This document shows positions 12,524 through 25,722 of a stretch of 64,000 nucleotides of DNA, in pieces; the stretch's first letter is position 1, and each line of letters starts with the position of its first letter. This DNA comes from Lingula anatina (lineage: Eukaryota; Animalia; Brachiopoda): positions 3,348,001 through 3,412,000 of the forward strand of contig CM120647.1 in assembly GCA_051362555.1 (NCBI GenBank), written 5' to 3'. Both the position numbers and the translations under genes were made by a program. Under the pieces are notes generated by a model. That model searched no databases, was not told where the DNA came from, and saw only the letters and a list, made by a program, of their open reading frames with translations.

Positions 12524-14748
12524 AAGTGGTATACATTTCACAAACATTGGACTAGATTTTTAAAATTATTTTTATCCATGGAATTTGCCAGCTTTCTCAA
12601 ATATGTTGTCCTAAATATTACTTTCATTACATACAGTTAACAGATCAGCTTATTTTAGATTATTTCAGTTGCTAATTAAGCCACAGTTGTACAAGTTTTA
12701 CAAACATGACAGTACATCTCGCAGAGTTATTAACGTTTACCTATTTTAATCCGTTGAATTTAGCAGTTTTTTAAATGTAATTTTCGCTCTTTTAAAATGT
12801 TTTAAAAATATGCAGTTACACAGTCATCAGTAATCACACAGTGTAACTGATGAGTTATCACATTTCTGTTGCTGTTAAGCAGCATTTGTACAAGTATCAC
12901 AAATAATGGACTAGATTTGTCAAAATTATTAATGCTTTACTATTGTAAGCCATGTGATTTGCCAGTTTTTTAATGTAATAATAAAACATATTGTCCAAAA
13001 AATCTTTTTCATGATACACAATCAACTGATAAGCTTATCTCAAATTTATACAGTTGTTAAGCTTCAGTTGTACAAATGTCACAAACATTGGACTTGATTT
13101 CTCATTATTATTAACATACTGTTTTTATCATCAGAATTTGCCAGTCTTTTAAGTCTAGTTTTCACTTCTCAAAACTTCACTTCAACTACACACAGTCAAC
13201 AGATAAGCTTACTTCAATCATAATCAAGTTGCTCTTTCTAGACTGAAACACAGATGTAGGTCTAACGTTAAAAAACCAACCTTATTAGATTTTTGCTCAC
13301 ATACATCCGTACATACACTGTAGATTCATGTGTGGACATACAAAGACGTAGATGTCATATACAGCTACATGTAGTATGTTGATATCATAATGTGGTAGGT
13401 ACTTATTGCAACAGAGACGATCATATTTTCCTCCAGGTGGTGTTATAGTACTGCCCAGTTTGTCAAACATGGCGAAAACTGTTCAGATAAAAGCAGTGGA
13501 CCATTTTAGAATCGCCATTGACCTCATTACATTATTTCATTTTGGCTGTTTTCTTCTGGTTTCTTTTTTGGAATATATTTAACACAAATGCACTATATAT
13601 ACATATATATGCATTTTGATTTTAGTAAAATTTTAATCAAGTTTTGCTTGTCAGATAAGAGTGAGAGTTGAACAGAAAAGCTTTAGCCCCTCCCCCATAA
13701 AGCAAATTGAACCTACTCTCTAGGAAGAGTTGTTACACCTTACGTGATCAGGGAGTGGATGCGAGGCGGTCTGGACACTAAGTATACGAATATTTACGTT
13801 TCAACCAATTCGGTATAACGTTTCAATTTATCAGTGTTAGGGATTTAATGTTCACTTATTTGTAATTAATTTTATAAGAAGTATTGTGACGCGTGCATGC
13901 ATAAAAATGGTTTGGCCATTCCCCAGTGTTTCCCCCACAACATTTTGCTTCCTCCATTACTTCACCTTATCACGTCCTATGGAAATGAAAACTATTTCGG
14001 ACTTCGTTAGTAGAAAAAATATCGTCAGTTGAAGTCGTACCAGGAGTATATTTACTAGAAGCAGACAAAAAAGGGGAAATGCTGTGGAATCTCCCATTTA
14101 AATTCCTATTTACTGACATGTAAATATTTGTAGTAAGCGGTTTGAGGTCGAAATAAAAAGAGCATAACAGACAGTAGGTACACTGTATAAGACTTCCATT
14201 TCTAAAAACGATTTCACTAGTCCAGTTGTACTATTTCAGTCCGTTGAATATATAAGTTTAATTATAGCTACACGTACAGATCTTTGTGTGACGGAGTTTT
14301 AAAAATTGTGGGTTCACTGGCCAACAATGTAAACCCTTCAAGGCATAGGGGGCGAACTGATAGCGAAAAAATACTCTTTCAAACAAATGTTAATGGTTCT
14401 GTTGATACCTCATGTTGATACCTTTAAAATAAGGCATTGAGTACTAGAAGCATGGCGTGTTTAAGACTGTGTGGTCGTCAGATACTGGTTTAGTTTATTT
14501 CAGTAAAGATATCTGCCCCTTATGCCTTTCAACGTGCTCTTTTTTCGTAAGACCTTCAAGTTTGTCGACGTGGCCTTTGTTAAATGGTACTACAATAATG
14601 GTTACCCTCTACCAGGGCCACAGATTGGTTTTTCACTAGATACACGTTTTCACAGATATGTTTCTAGTCAAACAATGGTAATTTTCTGCCCTGCGTCATA
14701 GAAAAGTGCACATGAATCAGCGGCCCTGGGAGATTGTTGGTTATCATA

Positions 14749-14957
14749 CACGCGACCAAGAAAGTTCGGAAACGTAAAATTTGTTCTCAATAATAAAAAA
14801 AATGTAATGTGTTGGGAAAATCTTCTGTGTAAATAAAGATTAACAAATGGTGGGTTCATTATCCAACAATATTTGGTTAAAATATTTACCATAAATAATA
14901 ATGGTTATTTTATAACTATTCAAAATAACGATGTTTCCGAACTTTTTAGGGCGAAAG
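14749..14957. mobile_element. Tc1/mariner-type MITE
   Basis: Imperfect 25-bp TIRs sharing AAAGTTCGGAAAC, flanked by TA on both sides. Confidence 0.65.
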
Positions 14958-15856
14958 TACCAGCAAGGTAACTAGTGGTGACTTGGCGTTACGTTGTCTT
15001 GCGAATAAGATAAGCATAAATATGGAAAATTTGATTGTCCAGAAAAGCTTAAATATGACAAAAGTGAGTGTTTAGAAAGTTCATTTGAAAGTTAAACAAT
15101 TTACTGATATACTTTCCCGACAGCGATTTTCATGATATATGTTCCTTTTTCCATGTTTTATGCTTTGCTAATGATAAATCAAATACATCGTGTAAATATA
15201 GAAATAGCCACAAGTTATTGATCTTATAAGTTGGTGACGCACACATTTTGTGTGATAATTGATGAACTGCTTTATATCTCTTTAATTACTGTCAATTTCT
15301 CAAATTTGTTCTAATTTTTTTAGAAATGCTTGTAGATATTGATAACACCAAACCATGAACGAGTAGTTAAGTTGACCATTTATTGGTGAAATGTAATACA
15401 TTTGTTGTATATGTTATAGAGATATAGCTTTGTCTTATATGCATGTCTTACAGATATTCAAAGTGATTAAGTAGTGATTTAAGTGTTCTTAAACTTGGTA
15501 GTTTTACAATGAAATACTTAAATATAATTAATAGATAGTTGTTTGGCACTAAATAAAGACTTTCCAAATATACAAAATGTCTTAGTTATTTCTTTGACGG
15601 TTGCGTTTCTCAGTGGCAACCTGGGGTTGGGCTTCAAACTCGTCTTACGTTTCTAAAATTTCTTTAATGTATTACGATTTTCTTTAGAATTTTACTTAGG
15701 TCACTACAATAATTTCATTGACTCAGTGGTACCCCTCGGGTTTGGGTTCGTTTCTTGGTTCGGGTACTTGTAAATCATTGAATACTTTTCAAGGGGCATT
15801 ACAGAAATTTCCCTTTGATTACTATAAGAGGGAAGTTTTCCTGAGGAGGGTGGGTG

Positions 15857-15925
15857 GGGACAGTTAGAGGAGTAGGTAACGCGCTTGCCTCTGAGTCAAA
15901 AAGTCCCAAGTTCGAAACCTGGCGC
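15857..15925 (+). mobile_element. tRNA-derived SINE head or tRNA pseudogene fragment
   Basis: A-box-like TAGAGGAGTAGG and B-box-like GTTCGAAAC at tRNA-like spacing; no good acceptor stem. Confidence 0.45.
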
Positions 15926-16587
15926 TTCTGGGTCCAAGCAAATTACCTTTTGCAAAAAAAATATTCAAATAATCAAGGTAAACTAATACAAGAGGCTCTA
16001 TAGGTAAGACCTGTGAACTAGAGAACGAGAGCTAAAGGGAACAGAAGGTGAAAAATGTAAGGGAATTCAACATACAAATATATGTACAATATTTTTATTA
16101 TTTATTGTTTCAACAAATTCCAAGTAATTTCAACGAAGTTTTATACATGAATACATGAAGTTACGTTTTTTCTACGTTGATAGCAATCATTACAATAGCG
16201 TCAAATTTCTAAAAAATTCTATAAATTATGCTTTTACAAAAACAAGACAAGAAGTCTACCTGATAGTAGACTAACTAACACATATGAAGGATTTTATGCA
16301 CTTTGGAAATTGCAGCTCAAACAAATTCTATTTATTTATATAAAAGAGAATTTCGACATAATTCTTACTAAAACAAAATTCATATAAAAAAATGACCAGG
16401 ACTGGTATATAAAATGAAATCATATCGTTCTTGTCAAATTTTGTTCAAAGTTGACGTTAATGATTGATTACTAATTCCATTGAGGAGCAAAGTGTCCAAT
16501 TTCAGTGGTGTGAATGATATCGAAATTCCTAAATGCATATAATCTCACTTAGGCGTTTTCCCCTCACGTGCACTCGCACTCACGCAC

Positions 16588-16779
16588 ACCTTGTTCTATG
16601 CCGTCGTGCTGATTCTCGCACAGAAAAAAGGTAGACAAAAATAGTTATTTTTAAGAATCGAGTGTTTTCCGTTATTTTGTTTTCATTTCATTACATCCTT
16701 AATATTTGTTAATGGCACGAATTTGAGCGAAAACTTAAATTTGCACTCATGCGAATCAGGAACGGCATAAAGACATGGT
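16588..16779. mobile_element. Degenerate MITE-like inverted-repeat element
   Basis: ACCTTGTTCTATGCCGTC...CTGATTC on the left pairs with GAATCAGGAACGGCATAAGACATGGT on the right; no clear TSD. Confidence 0.4.
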
Positions 16780-18194
16780 CAATTTCCAAGCTTATTCTAG
16801 TCATGACAATTTAAGAAAAAATATACAAACAAAACTGAAAAGATTACGCAGAAAAAAAAACGGTGACTTAAAATTCATCAATTCATAAATGCTAATACCC
16901 TTACTTTGGTCTCCGGTGCTCAGTGACCAAGAAACACTTAGCAAAAATACCCCAACAGGACGCGCGAGACTGGCATCTAATCAGACCTTTTTCTCTCAAT
17001 CACCCCTCAATCACAACCAAAGACATATTAATTAATAATAGATAATTTTTATGCATATGAACAAAGTTTTTTCAGGAGATCACTTACATTCCTGCTTTGC
17101 GATATTGGCAAAAAGTCGAACAACACACAAAGGAGCTCATGCAATGCTGATAAATTTGGGTGGCCCTCAGAACGGGCAGTATTTATCACGAGGGTAACGT
17201 GTATTCCCTTACTGCAATAACGAATGCGCAGTAATTTCGTGAAAATCCCTATATCTCTCCTGGTTTCATTTTCTTAACATTGTTTTAGACCCCTCCCAGC
17301 ACAGTAAAAGTGTATCTGTCACTGATCAGACACGATATCAAAACACAGAAACCAAAGTAAGTTCATTCTTAACATGCGTCTCAAACGTACATCCACAATT
17401 TAAAAAAGGATCGTTTCTTATACATGGGCAATTCTGGAATCACGTGGACAAATTTTATCATTTTCATAACGCTATAATTTCCAAAGCTTTATAACTTGAA
17501 AGAACAGTGTTTGTAACTTATTTTAAATTAACAACTTGTTTTTTTTTATCAAACTTAACGGTCACTGTATGAAACCGTTGGTCTCTCAAAAGTTTCATTA
17601 ATGAAGTTGAGATATTTTCTTATCGGAATCTCAGAATTCAATTCAATTCAATTTAATTCAAAATAAATATCTAAAATATCTTCAAATGTACAGCTGAGTG
17701 TCTAACTGAAGATTCGCCCACAGACAATTTTTACCTTCAACTAGAAAATCAATAGTGCTCGCGCAGTACTCTATCTAAAAATCGAATAATAATAATTTAA
17801 TAATAATAATAATATTTGATAACTATCATTTTTGTTTTCATCTATCATTTCAGCAAAATACTTTTTGCATTAAAACTATTTTGTTAAAGGTGAACTCCAA
17901 AAAGTGCCGTATTTTTGTTTGACAATTGATGGGTACTTCCTTCCGACACAATAATAAATATACATAATATATAAAATACCTTGAAACGATATGAGCGGAT
18001 AGAGTGGTGTACTACGATTTAGAAAGAATGTATCATATATAACCAGCGACATGTAGGGTCGACGCCATTCATTTCTTTGCGTACAATTATTTTTATACAC
18101 AATGTGTGACATTTTATGCAGAATATTACCATCCAAGGCAAAGATTACATTTGATATCAAATGTGAACCCTGCAAATAAACTACAAGACAAACT

Positions 18195-19352
18195 TCAACA
18201 AGCGAGACAATCTTGGCATGGGCGCAGACGATGTTTAACATGAATCTGATGTCTTTGATCGGCGACGCATCCAATCACCCGGTAAACAGCAGTTGGGAGC
18301 CACTGAAATAAACGAAGAAAATCACATTCACGACATCACATTGATGAAGCAGTATGTGTATATCTTTACAGCATGCTAGTTTGGAACACAAGGGATTATG
18401 TTAACAAAACACTATTGTGCCATTCCTATTCTTTTCTACCCTGTGCACACTGTTAAATGACAACATACTTCTTTGCATTCATATGTAAGATGCGATATGA
18501 AAGGACCAGGCGCCCGGATAACAGAAATATTCAAGGAAATGAAAGTCAGTGAATGAAAACATTTGGCAGATGGGGCCAATTAGTATAAAATTGACAGGAT
18601 CTAAAAAAAAAGACATTAGTCACGTTTTCACTGCCCAAGCCAGGGTTTTCAGGGGGAGGGGGCGAGGATACATTAGCTGGATTTCGTCTAGTTTCGTTTC
18701 ATGTACAATTTTTTCCGCTTTTCATTTGTTCTTGTTCTTGTTTTGATTTGTTATTTTGGAAGAGAGAAGGAATACCTCTTAAATTAAGGGACGGACACTG
18801 TACCCCCGCCCACCCCCACCCACCACTCACCTCCCCACCCTGGTCCCGTCCCCACCCCTCACCTCCCCAACCTGGTCCCGTCCCCACCCCTCACCTCCCC
18901 AACCTGGTCCCGTCCACACCCCTCACCTCCCCACCCTGGTCCCGTCCCCACCCCTTACCTCCCCAACCTGGTCCCGTCCCCACCCCTCACCTCCCCAACC
19001 TGGTCCCGTCCCCACCCCTCACCTCCCCAACCTGGTCCCGTCCCCACCCCTTACCTCCCCAACCTGGTCCCGTCCCCACCCCTCACCTCCCCAACCTGGT
19101 CCCGTCGTTTCCAGGAATGCAATGACACAATAGTACAACATCTTGTTAATGAATGTGCATTTGTCTGTTTGAAGTTTACTTTTATAAACATTAAATTTTT
19201 GATACTTTGAAAACAGGCCAGTGACCTCACCAATAAATCAATTAGGAGAATGTAGATACCTGCCCAGTCATCTTACTTGTTGAGGACTTGTTCAGACCTT
19301 TGGACAGCGGCAATAAGCCTCTCACTTCCTCATTGACAAGTGCGTTCCTTCT
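18195..19352 (-). CDS. Possible 3' exons of a small unknown spliced gene (19260-19352 and 18195-18302; possibly also 19609-19679)
   Basis: TTTCAG acceptors and a CAG|GTATCT donor. The 93-nt exon is open only in phase 0 (RRNALVNEEVRGLLPLSKGLNKSSTSKMTGQ). No recognisable homology. Confidence 0.25.
18808..19106. repeat. 32-bp C-rich minisatellite, about 9 copies
   Basis: The unit TGGTCCCGTCCCCACCCCTCACCTCCCCAACC is repeated in tandem. Confidence 0.95.
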
Positions 19353-21879
19353 CTGAAATTACAGAAAATAAATCATTAAAACTTTGATCTGATTTTGAAA
19401 TTCTAATGGAGAGTGTACTGGACATAAGTGTAATGTTCCCACTGTCCTAAGGACTAAAATGTCCCAGTGCGAAAAGCATCATTTGGGCAATTGTCGTCTA
19501 CACAAAATACACAGCGTTATCTTATATCACCTATACAATACTACGGCAGCTTCCTGTCATTTTCTGTGCTAAATTTTTGGCCTACATGTGGAAATTGCAG
19601 CAACGTACCAAGAACCTCTGTCTTCTCCATCTTCTACTGACCTTGGTCCAACCTGAACACCTCTCACCGAAATGCTCACCTGTATTACATAATAATGTAC
19701 AAGGGCACCCGCTTTTTGAACGCAAGTTTCGATTTAAAATATTTTTTTTTATTTGATATGGCGCTAGGGGTCCTAATCCCGCGATGGTGATTTAGGCTTT
19801 CTACCATCATAATGGCAAAAATAATAACATTTTATCAACCATTAAGTTTGATATCAAATAATTTGGCTATGTTTCACCCCCCCCCCCCAAAAAAAAAAAA
19901 CCTGTACCGATTGTGTTAGAGAAGACAAGATGCGTTTTTTGTTTACCCGATTTGTATAGAACGTTAAAATTAGTGACAGCGTTCATTAGGACCTAGAGTG
20001 AGTACAGCTTAGTTAACTAGAGCTGTCACAGCTAGGATTGACTTAACAGATGTGTTTTATAAAGTTTCATAAAAAACTAATACCGACTCAGAATAGGTGT
20101 AAATGTCCTCACCTCCCTCAGGAGGATACAGCCCAGAGAGGGTACCATTGGCGGAGGGGGGGAGGGCAATTCACAATTCACGGGAAATAAAATTATCAAT
20201 TCACAAATCGAAGTAATTAAAACTTTATTCAAATTCCACTGAAAATGCTCGTCAAAAATCACGTATCATGAATCACTGGGTATAACGACTTTCTTTCACG
20301 AATAACGGAGAATAAAAAGCTGCATGTACGAGTCACAGGAAAGGGGTGCTTCACGCTAAATAAAATGAAAGTTTCATGCATTTTGAGAAGTAAATAGTGG
20401 CTTTCTCAGGTAAGGAAAGAACCCAATGGCAGCCTCGTATGGGGGCTGAGAAAACTAGCGTACGATCAATACTGCCAAATGTTTCAATTACCTTAGCGAA
20501 CGAAACTTAAGTTACAACTACCTACTCTTAGAAGATTACTTTTGCAAAGCACCAAATTAAACTACCAGTCCAGACGCCTGAAAAACGCATGTTCTCAGTC
20601 TGTACCAGTATTTCAAAGTAAGGACACATTTTCTGAAAGGGAACTTTCAAAATTTATATGATCAAATTACATGTTTTTATGGAGCCTAGTATATATTTGG
20701 GAGCAAATGTCTCCGTATGTTTATTTTTCACACAGCACAAGTCTTACTGAAGAATGAAGTAACATTTGAGAGCTAGCAACGCTGTCAATGTTTGTACGGT
20801 AATCCGTATCAAAATTCAAGGTCGCGGGGGTAAATATAATGCTTTTTATAATAAATAACAAAGCGACCCTTTATTTATTTATTTATGAAAAATAGTTATT
20901 TAGGATAAAACATAGTGAATTAAATTTTTGTCTTCCCCATGGCCCTCAGGTAATGGTAATTGATGTTTAATTACAAGAAATAATTTTAATTGATTAAAAA
21001 TAAATAAGGTGCCACCTTTAAATAGCATTTTCAAAAGCAGACTCTTGTCTAATTATTCTATCGGCACGTGCATTTATCGGTACATGGGTTGAAAGGTATG
21101 GGAAAGTATCGGGTTCCGTTATCTGTCAAGACATATCTGTCAAGACGTACCTATCAGGACTGGTAGGAATTGAGACTTAATTGAGCTGGATGGAAAAAAG
21201 TACTAACTACTAAATGAACTAACTAAAGGTAACAAAAGTGTTGTGATAGACAGGTACCAATCAAACTCATACGGTTTAATTCAATTTTGACGGAAGCTGT
21301 CAAAAGCACACGACTTTGATTGACAGTTTATAAACAAACGTCAATCACAATCATTACGCAGTTCATAAGTACAGTTGTCGAACATGTAAAGTGCCAGCTT
21401 CCTTCACCATTTGATTGACAACGAGCCAATCAAATCACTCAGTTTTGACAAATCCCGTCAAGTAATAACAGCTTGATTGACGGGTTATACAGTATAAACA
21501 AACGTCAATTGTGATAGGGACAAGCAGACGCAGAGACAAAAAAATCCCCATCTGAGGTTTTGGTCGTCTTAATCCATCCCTTTAGGTCAAATTATAAAAA
21601 TTCCCATTACTAAAGCTCAGTTTTTACCCATTATTTTATCTTATTTGTTATTTTTTCCGTACAGTGTTATTTGCTGTGCGTGGGAAGTTGCGTGCGTACC
21701 TCACATCGCTCGACCGTTCAGCAATTTCTCTCCTACAAAGTTGTTTAGTTTATTTCAGTCTTATCACTGGTGCATACATTTAAATTATCGGTATATATAA
21801 GAAATGGCAGTTAATAAAAATATACTTTATAAAGTTTCAAAAATTTTCAAACTTAGTAAGTACTGCTAAAATTTATTAT

Positions 21880-22410
21880 TGAAAATTGTTTTTTATTACT
21901 TTCATCTACATGACTTTATTCTTTTTCCTGTCACAAAAGACAGTCTTTCAAGAATACATCTTTAACGGTCTAGTTTGTTCCTGTTATTTGAAAGCATTTC
22001 CCCTGAGGAAATATAATCTTTGTTCCTCTTTTTCGAAAAATCTTTTTAAAAATTTAAAGAAGTTTCACTACGCATTCATTCCGGAATTTCTTCAAGTAAT
22101 GTTGTCTTGAAGATGACACCTAGCTCCACCACGCCATATTTTCCTCCCTATTGTGTCTTTCTACACTGAGCGGGAGTGGAGGGGGGTGATGTTTCCACAT
22201 TCCTTTGTACGTGGTATTCAATACTGACAAAATTAATTCTCGAAAAGTGTTCTTTATTGTTTACACCTACATCTGTACATGGTTTCATTCTTTGTTTTTT
22301 CCTGTCACAACTGGTAGTCTTTAAAGAATACATCTGCAACAGTCTAGTTTGTTCCTGTTATTTGCAAGCATTATCCTCTAGGCAATATAATCGTTCTTCC
22401 TCTTTTTATA
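21880..22410. repeat. Diverged direct duplication of ~150 bp (~21880-22035 and ~22240-22410)
   Basis: Both copies share TTTTTCCTGTCACAA...AAGAATACATCT...GTCTAGTTTGTTCCTGTTATTTG. Confidence 0.75.
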
Positions 22411-22491
22411 AAATCTGTAAATTTTTTTCAAAGAAATTGTTGAGAACAGAGAATTCTGAAAAGTTCTTATGTACTGTAGCTGCTGTCATGG

Positions 22492-22614
22492 TACCCTCTA
22501 CCAGTCGATAGATTGATTTTTCACAGATACTCGCAGATGTCTCAAGATAAATAGTCATTTTGGTCTGGATTTTCCCGTTTTTCCCTATATAATCTGCCAC
22601 CCTGGTAGAGGGTA
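22492..22614. mobile_element. 123-bp MITE with 9-bp TSD (Mutator-like)
   Basis: TIR TACCCTCTACCAG / CTGGTAGAGGGTA; CTGTCATGG is duplicated at 22483-22491 and 22615-22623. Confidence 0.8.
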
Positions 22615-23605
22615 CTGTCATGGTATATTTCTCTTATTAGCCTATTTGGGGGCGAGGGACAATAATCTAACCAAACCGAAATGGTGCATACCGTAACCTG
22701 TTGCGTGGCGTTCGATGTTAATACTTAATAAAAAAAGCCACAATATATATTCTTCAGGGGCAGATCCAGGATTATTTTAAGGCTGGCCGGTTTTCAGGAT
22801 TAACAGGCCGCGGATGCTTTGGCGTGGGACTCGGGGCCCGCCAAAAAATTATGGTATTTGAGAGAGCGAACGGTGACTTTCGGTACTGTTTAGAACTATG
22901 ATTCTGTAAGTCAAAATTCCAATTTCAAGCGGGGACCTTTGGTGTAATTTTTTTCCAGAAATTGAAGGGGGGCAGGACCCCCTGACACTGTTCTTAGACA
23001 GCATTTTTACTTGATATCTTAATAGATTATATTTTTTCCATATTATTTCATATATAACAATAATAATAATAATAATAAAATAAATAGATATGTGCTTGGC
23101 ACTTTAGATCAATCTAGTGTAACTCATTATATAAATTACATTAAGAAGAATTCATTGCACTCGAGGCAAACGTGGCCATAAAAAAGCTATATTCGGCTGA
23201 GTGGGCGACCGAGAGGAATTCAAATAAAGGATATTAGTGAATTAGTAGCGTTGTCTTGAGTTGTTTTCTGCACAGTACATATTAAGATAATTAATATTTT
23301 CCGCGTTTCGTTTGTATTCACGTTTTGTGATGAAAAAGAAGGTACGTGGAGATGTTTGGGTGGATGACGTAATGAGGCCCAGTTATGATTAGTAGTTCAA
23401 TGCACGTCCAATGAAGATTGACGCGGGTGGTATAAAAGGGAGGATACAGGTCTGGGCTTGATGAAAACTGTTATAGTATATATACATAAAGTTATAGTAG
23501 TTGCGGTAAAAATGTAAATACAGTTTATTTGTTTATAAAGAATCGGCGTCTAGCAACATCAGTGGGCTTTCGGTTCGATTTAATTTTGAAGAAAATATAG
23601 TGTAT

Positions 23606-23784
23606 CAGGGGCGGATTTAGGCCGTCTTCTGGGTCTTCCGGAAGACGGTCAGAATTTCAAGTCTTTTCAAGATTTTATATAGACGGGTATCTAACTTTTT
23701 CTCTCGGAAGACGGTCAAAAACGAGGATGGATCATCAAAGATAATTTGGAAGACTGTCAGAAAATATATCTGGATCCGCCCCTG
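23606..23784. mobile_element. hAT-like MITE with 5-bp TSD
   Basis: Termini CAGGGGCGGAT...ATCCGCCCCTG; TGTAT on both flanks. Confidence 0.8.
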
Positions 23785-23789
23785 TGTAT

Positions 23790-24640
23790 ACCCAATAGTT
23801 TTCCGTACCTAGGGTTATTGTTAAATCACAATGGAAAGTTCCTCACCACACAGAAAGCCATAGCTGATCAGGGAACTGAAGCAATGTTGGCAGTTAAAAT
23901 ATCAGTAGAGACGTACTCTCAAATGTAGAAACTGAACTTTTTCTCTTTGATACATGTAAATATGTTACCGAACCTGAACTATGGAAGCGAAGTCTGGGGG
24001 TTTCGTAAATCGTCAGATATACCTCTGCAATATTGTAAATTGATCTTGGGAGTAAAACCCTCTTTACACTTGGACGGCGTCCTTTTTGCGTCCTTTGTGC
24101 GGCCATAAAACTTGTCAGGTTCCCGTTGGACGCTCAAAGAACACGGAGATCGTTTAGATCGCACACAGAACGTCCAAGCATCGTTTATCGGTCTAGCAGG
24201 AGGGTTGAAATATCTAAGAATGACAGCCACTAAACGTCGATGAAGGTACAGAGAACGTAACGAAGGGTTCGTAATGAATCCTTGAACACCGCAGGTTGTG
24301 CAGGGCACGCACAGCGGAGGCAGGCGGGTAGCTCATTGGACGCACAGGTCGCTCGCTATTTTACCAGTAAAACCTATATTCGGTCGTTCAAAGAAGGCAC
24401 AAGGGACGAAGAATGATTTACACTGAGACATGATTTAATTGCTTTGGCGACAATTGAGCTTCTTGACCACATTATTGATTGTAGAAGGGACGCTGAAATG
24501 ACACCGTCCAGTGTAAAGGGGACTTAATTTAAAGTAACAAAGCTGTGCCGTCTGCTGTTTATAATAAATTAAGGCGATTCCCACTAAAATACTACAGAAT
24601 GATTAGCATTGAAAAGTATTGTATTTGGCTATTTAGAACT
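23790..24640 (+). pseudogene. Decayed LINE ORF2 fragment (post-RT region), split by a MITE
   Basis: FPYLG and LNYGSEVWG motifs with frameshifts; similar to the LINE at 59-60 kb. Confidence 0.6.
24056..24524. mobile_element. PIF/Harbinger-like MITE
   Basis: TIRs AACCCTCTTTACACTTGGACGG / CCGTCCAGTGTAAAGGGGACT; TAA on both flanks. Confidence 0.65.
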
Positions 24641-25384
24641 TTATTATAAGAGGGATCTATGACATTTCATGCAATGGGTTTGCAATGTTGGGGTGTTGGG
24701 AATTAACAAGGGTTTTTCAAAAGATATTCAAGGTTGAGCATTATAACGCAAGCAAAGGACACATTTTGCCTGCACTAAGTGAAATATTTTTCAATCACAA
24801 CCACTTTCACTGTGTGACCTCGCTGGACAAGCAGCAGCTTATATGATATAAAAACAGTACAAGTGGGTTTTACTTTTTTTGAAAAAAAAATACTTGGAAA
24901 AAATTCATTATTAATAAATTTAAATTATAAATGTCAGTTGGTCCCGTATATAACTGCTAATAAGGCATGGAATTATTCTTGTTGTTCCGTGATCCATATC
25001 ACATTGCAGCAAGCCTCCAATAAACTAGCAGCGTTTCTTATTTAATATATTATGATCAATTAATAATTCCTAATTTTGACTACCATAAATTTCTCGAGAT
25101 TAAGATGGCATGTGTATTACATATTCAAAATATCAATAACCTTCTTGATATCTGATATTTGTTGTTATTTTTTGGTCAATTTTATTATCTTGAAGCACCG
25201 TAATAATCAAAACATGCATTTCATTTCCAAATAATTTTTCTAGTTTTCTTGAATCTGCGCATCTAACATTCATCTCTCAAAATCAAAGCCGGCACGGATC
25301 AGATATCGCATGTATCGTCATCACCACTTTAGTGCTTTGCTTCTAAAAGCATTGTTTATAATATCTTAGAAAATAAAACAATGT

Positions 25385-25722
25385 CTAAGTGAATGCCTGA
25401 TTGCTAAATGCATGTCTCCCAGGTGGAAATGAAGTCTCGTTCTCACTATCCGCCGAGGCATTAATGTCCTCATTGTCGCCGATGTCTCCTTCCGTGACGT
25501 ATTTGTTTGCCCCGACAGATGTCATCTGGTGTGTGTAGGCCATGGGGGACGACCCACGAGGATGTTCTGGCATTGAGCCGACTTTATATTTCTGTCCCCA
25601 TACACAGCGATAGGCAATAACAGCAGTAAGGCACAGTGCCACCACTCCACCAACTGCGCCTGCGCCGGCCTTGAAGCCCACCGTCTGGTACCATGGTTCT
25701 TGTGGGGACTTTACCACAGTCG
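25385..25722 (-). CDS. Last exon: transmembrane helix and ~75-aa cytoplasmic tail
   Basis: [20 protein letters not shown] followed by RCVWGQKYK; ends FSNQAFT*. Confidence 0.88.

Larger units (their letters stand above)
1..13210. repeat. ~194-bp tandem satellite array with irregular higher-order spacer; decays toward its right edge; extends beyond the left window edge
   Basis: The motif GAGACACAGTCAACTGATGAGC recurs at 30, 224, 1171, 1365, 1560 etc. (194-195 bp period). Increasingly diverged monomers continue to ~13200. Confidence 0.95.

Noticed and set aside
529-12563. Short ORFs in the satellite and HINE repeats read as a gene family
   Set aside because: They recur only because the DNA is repeated. 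Many use non-ATG starts, have no recognisable domains and vary in length between copies.
15857-15925. Functional tRNA gene
   Set aside because: A/B-box-like motifs are present, but the acceptor and anticodon stems do not pair properly.
18748-19125. Proline-rich extensin-like ORF
   Set aside because: It is the translation of a 32-bp minisatellite whose period is not a multiple of 3.
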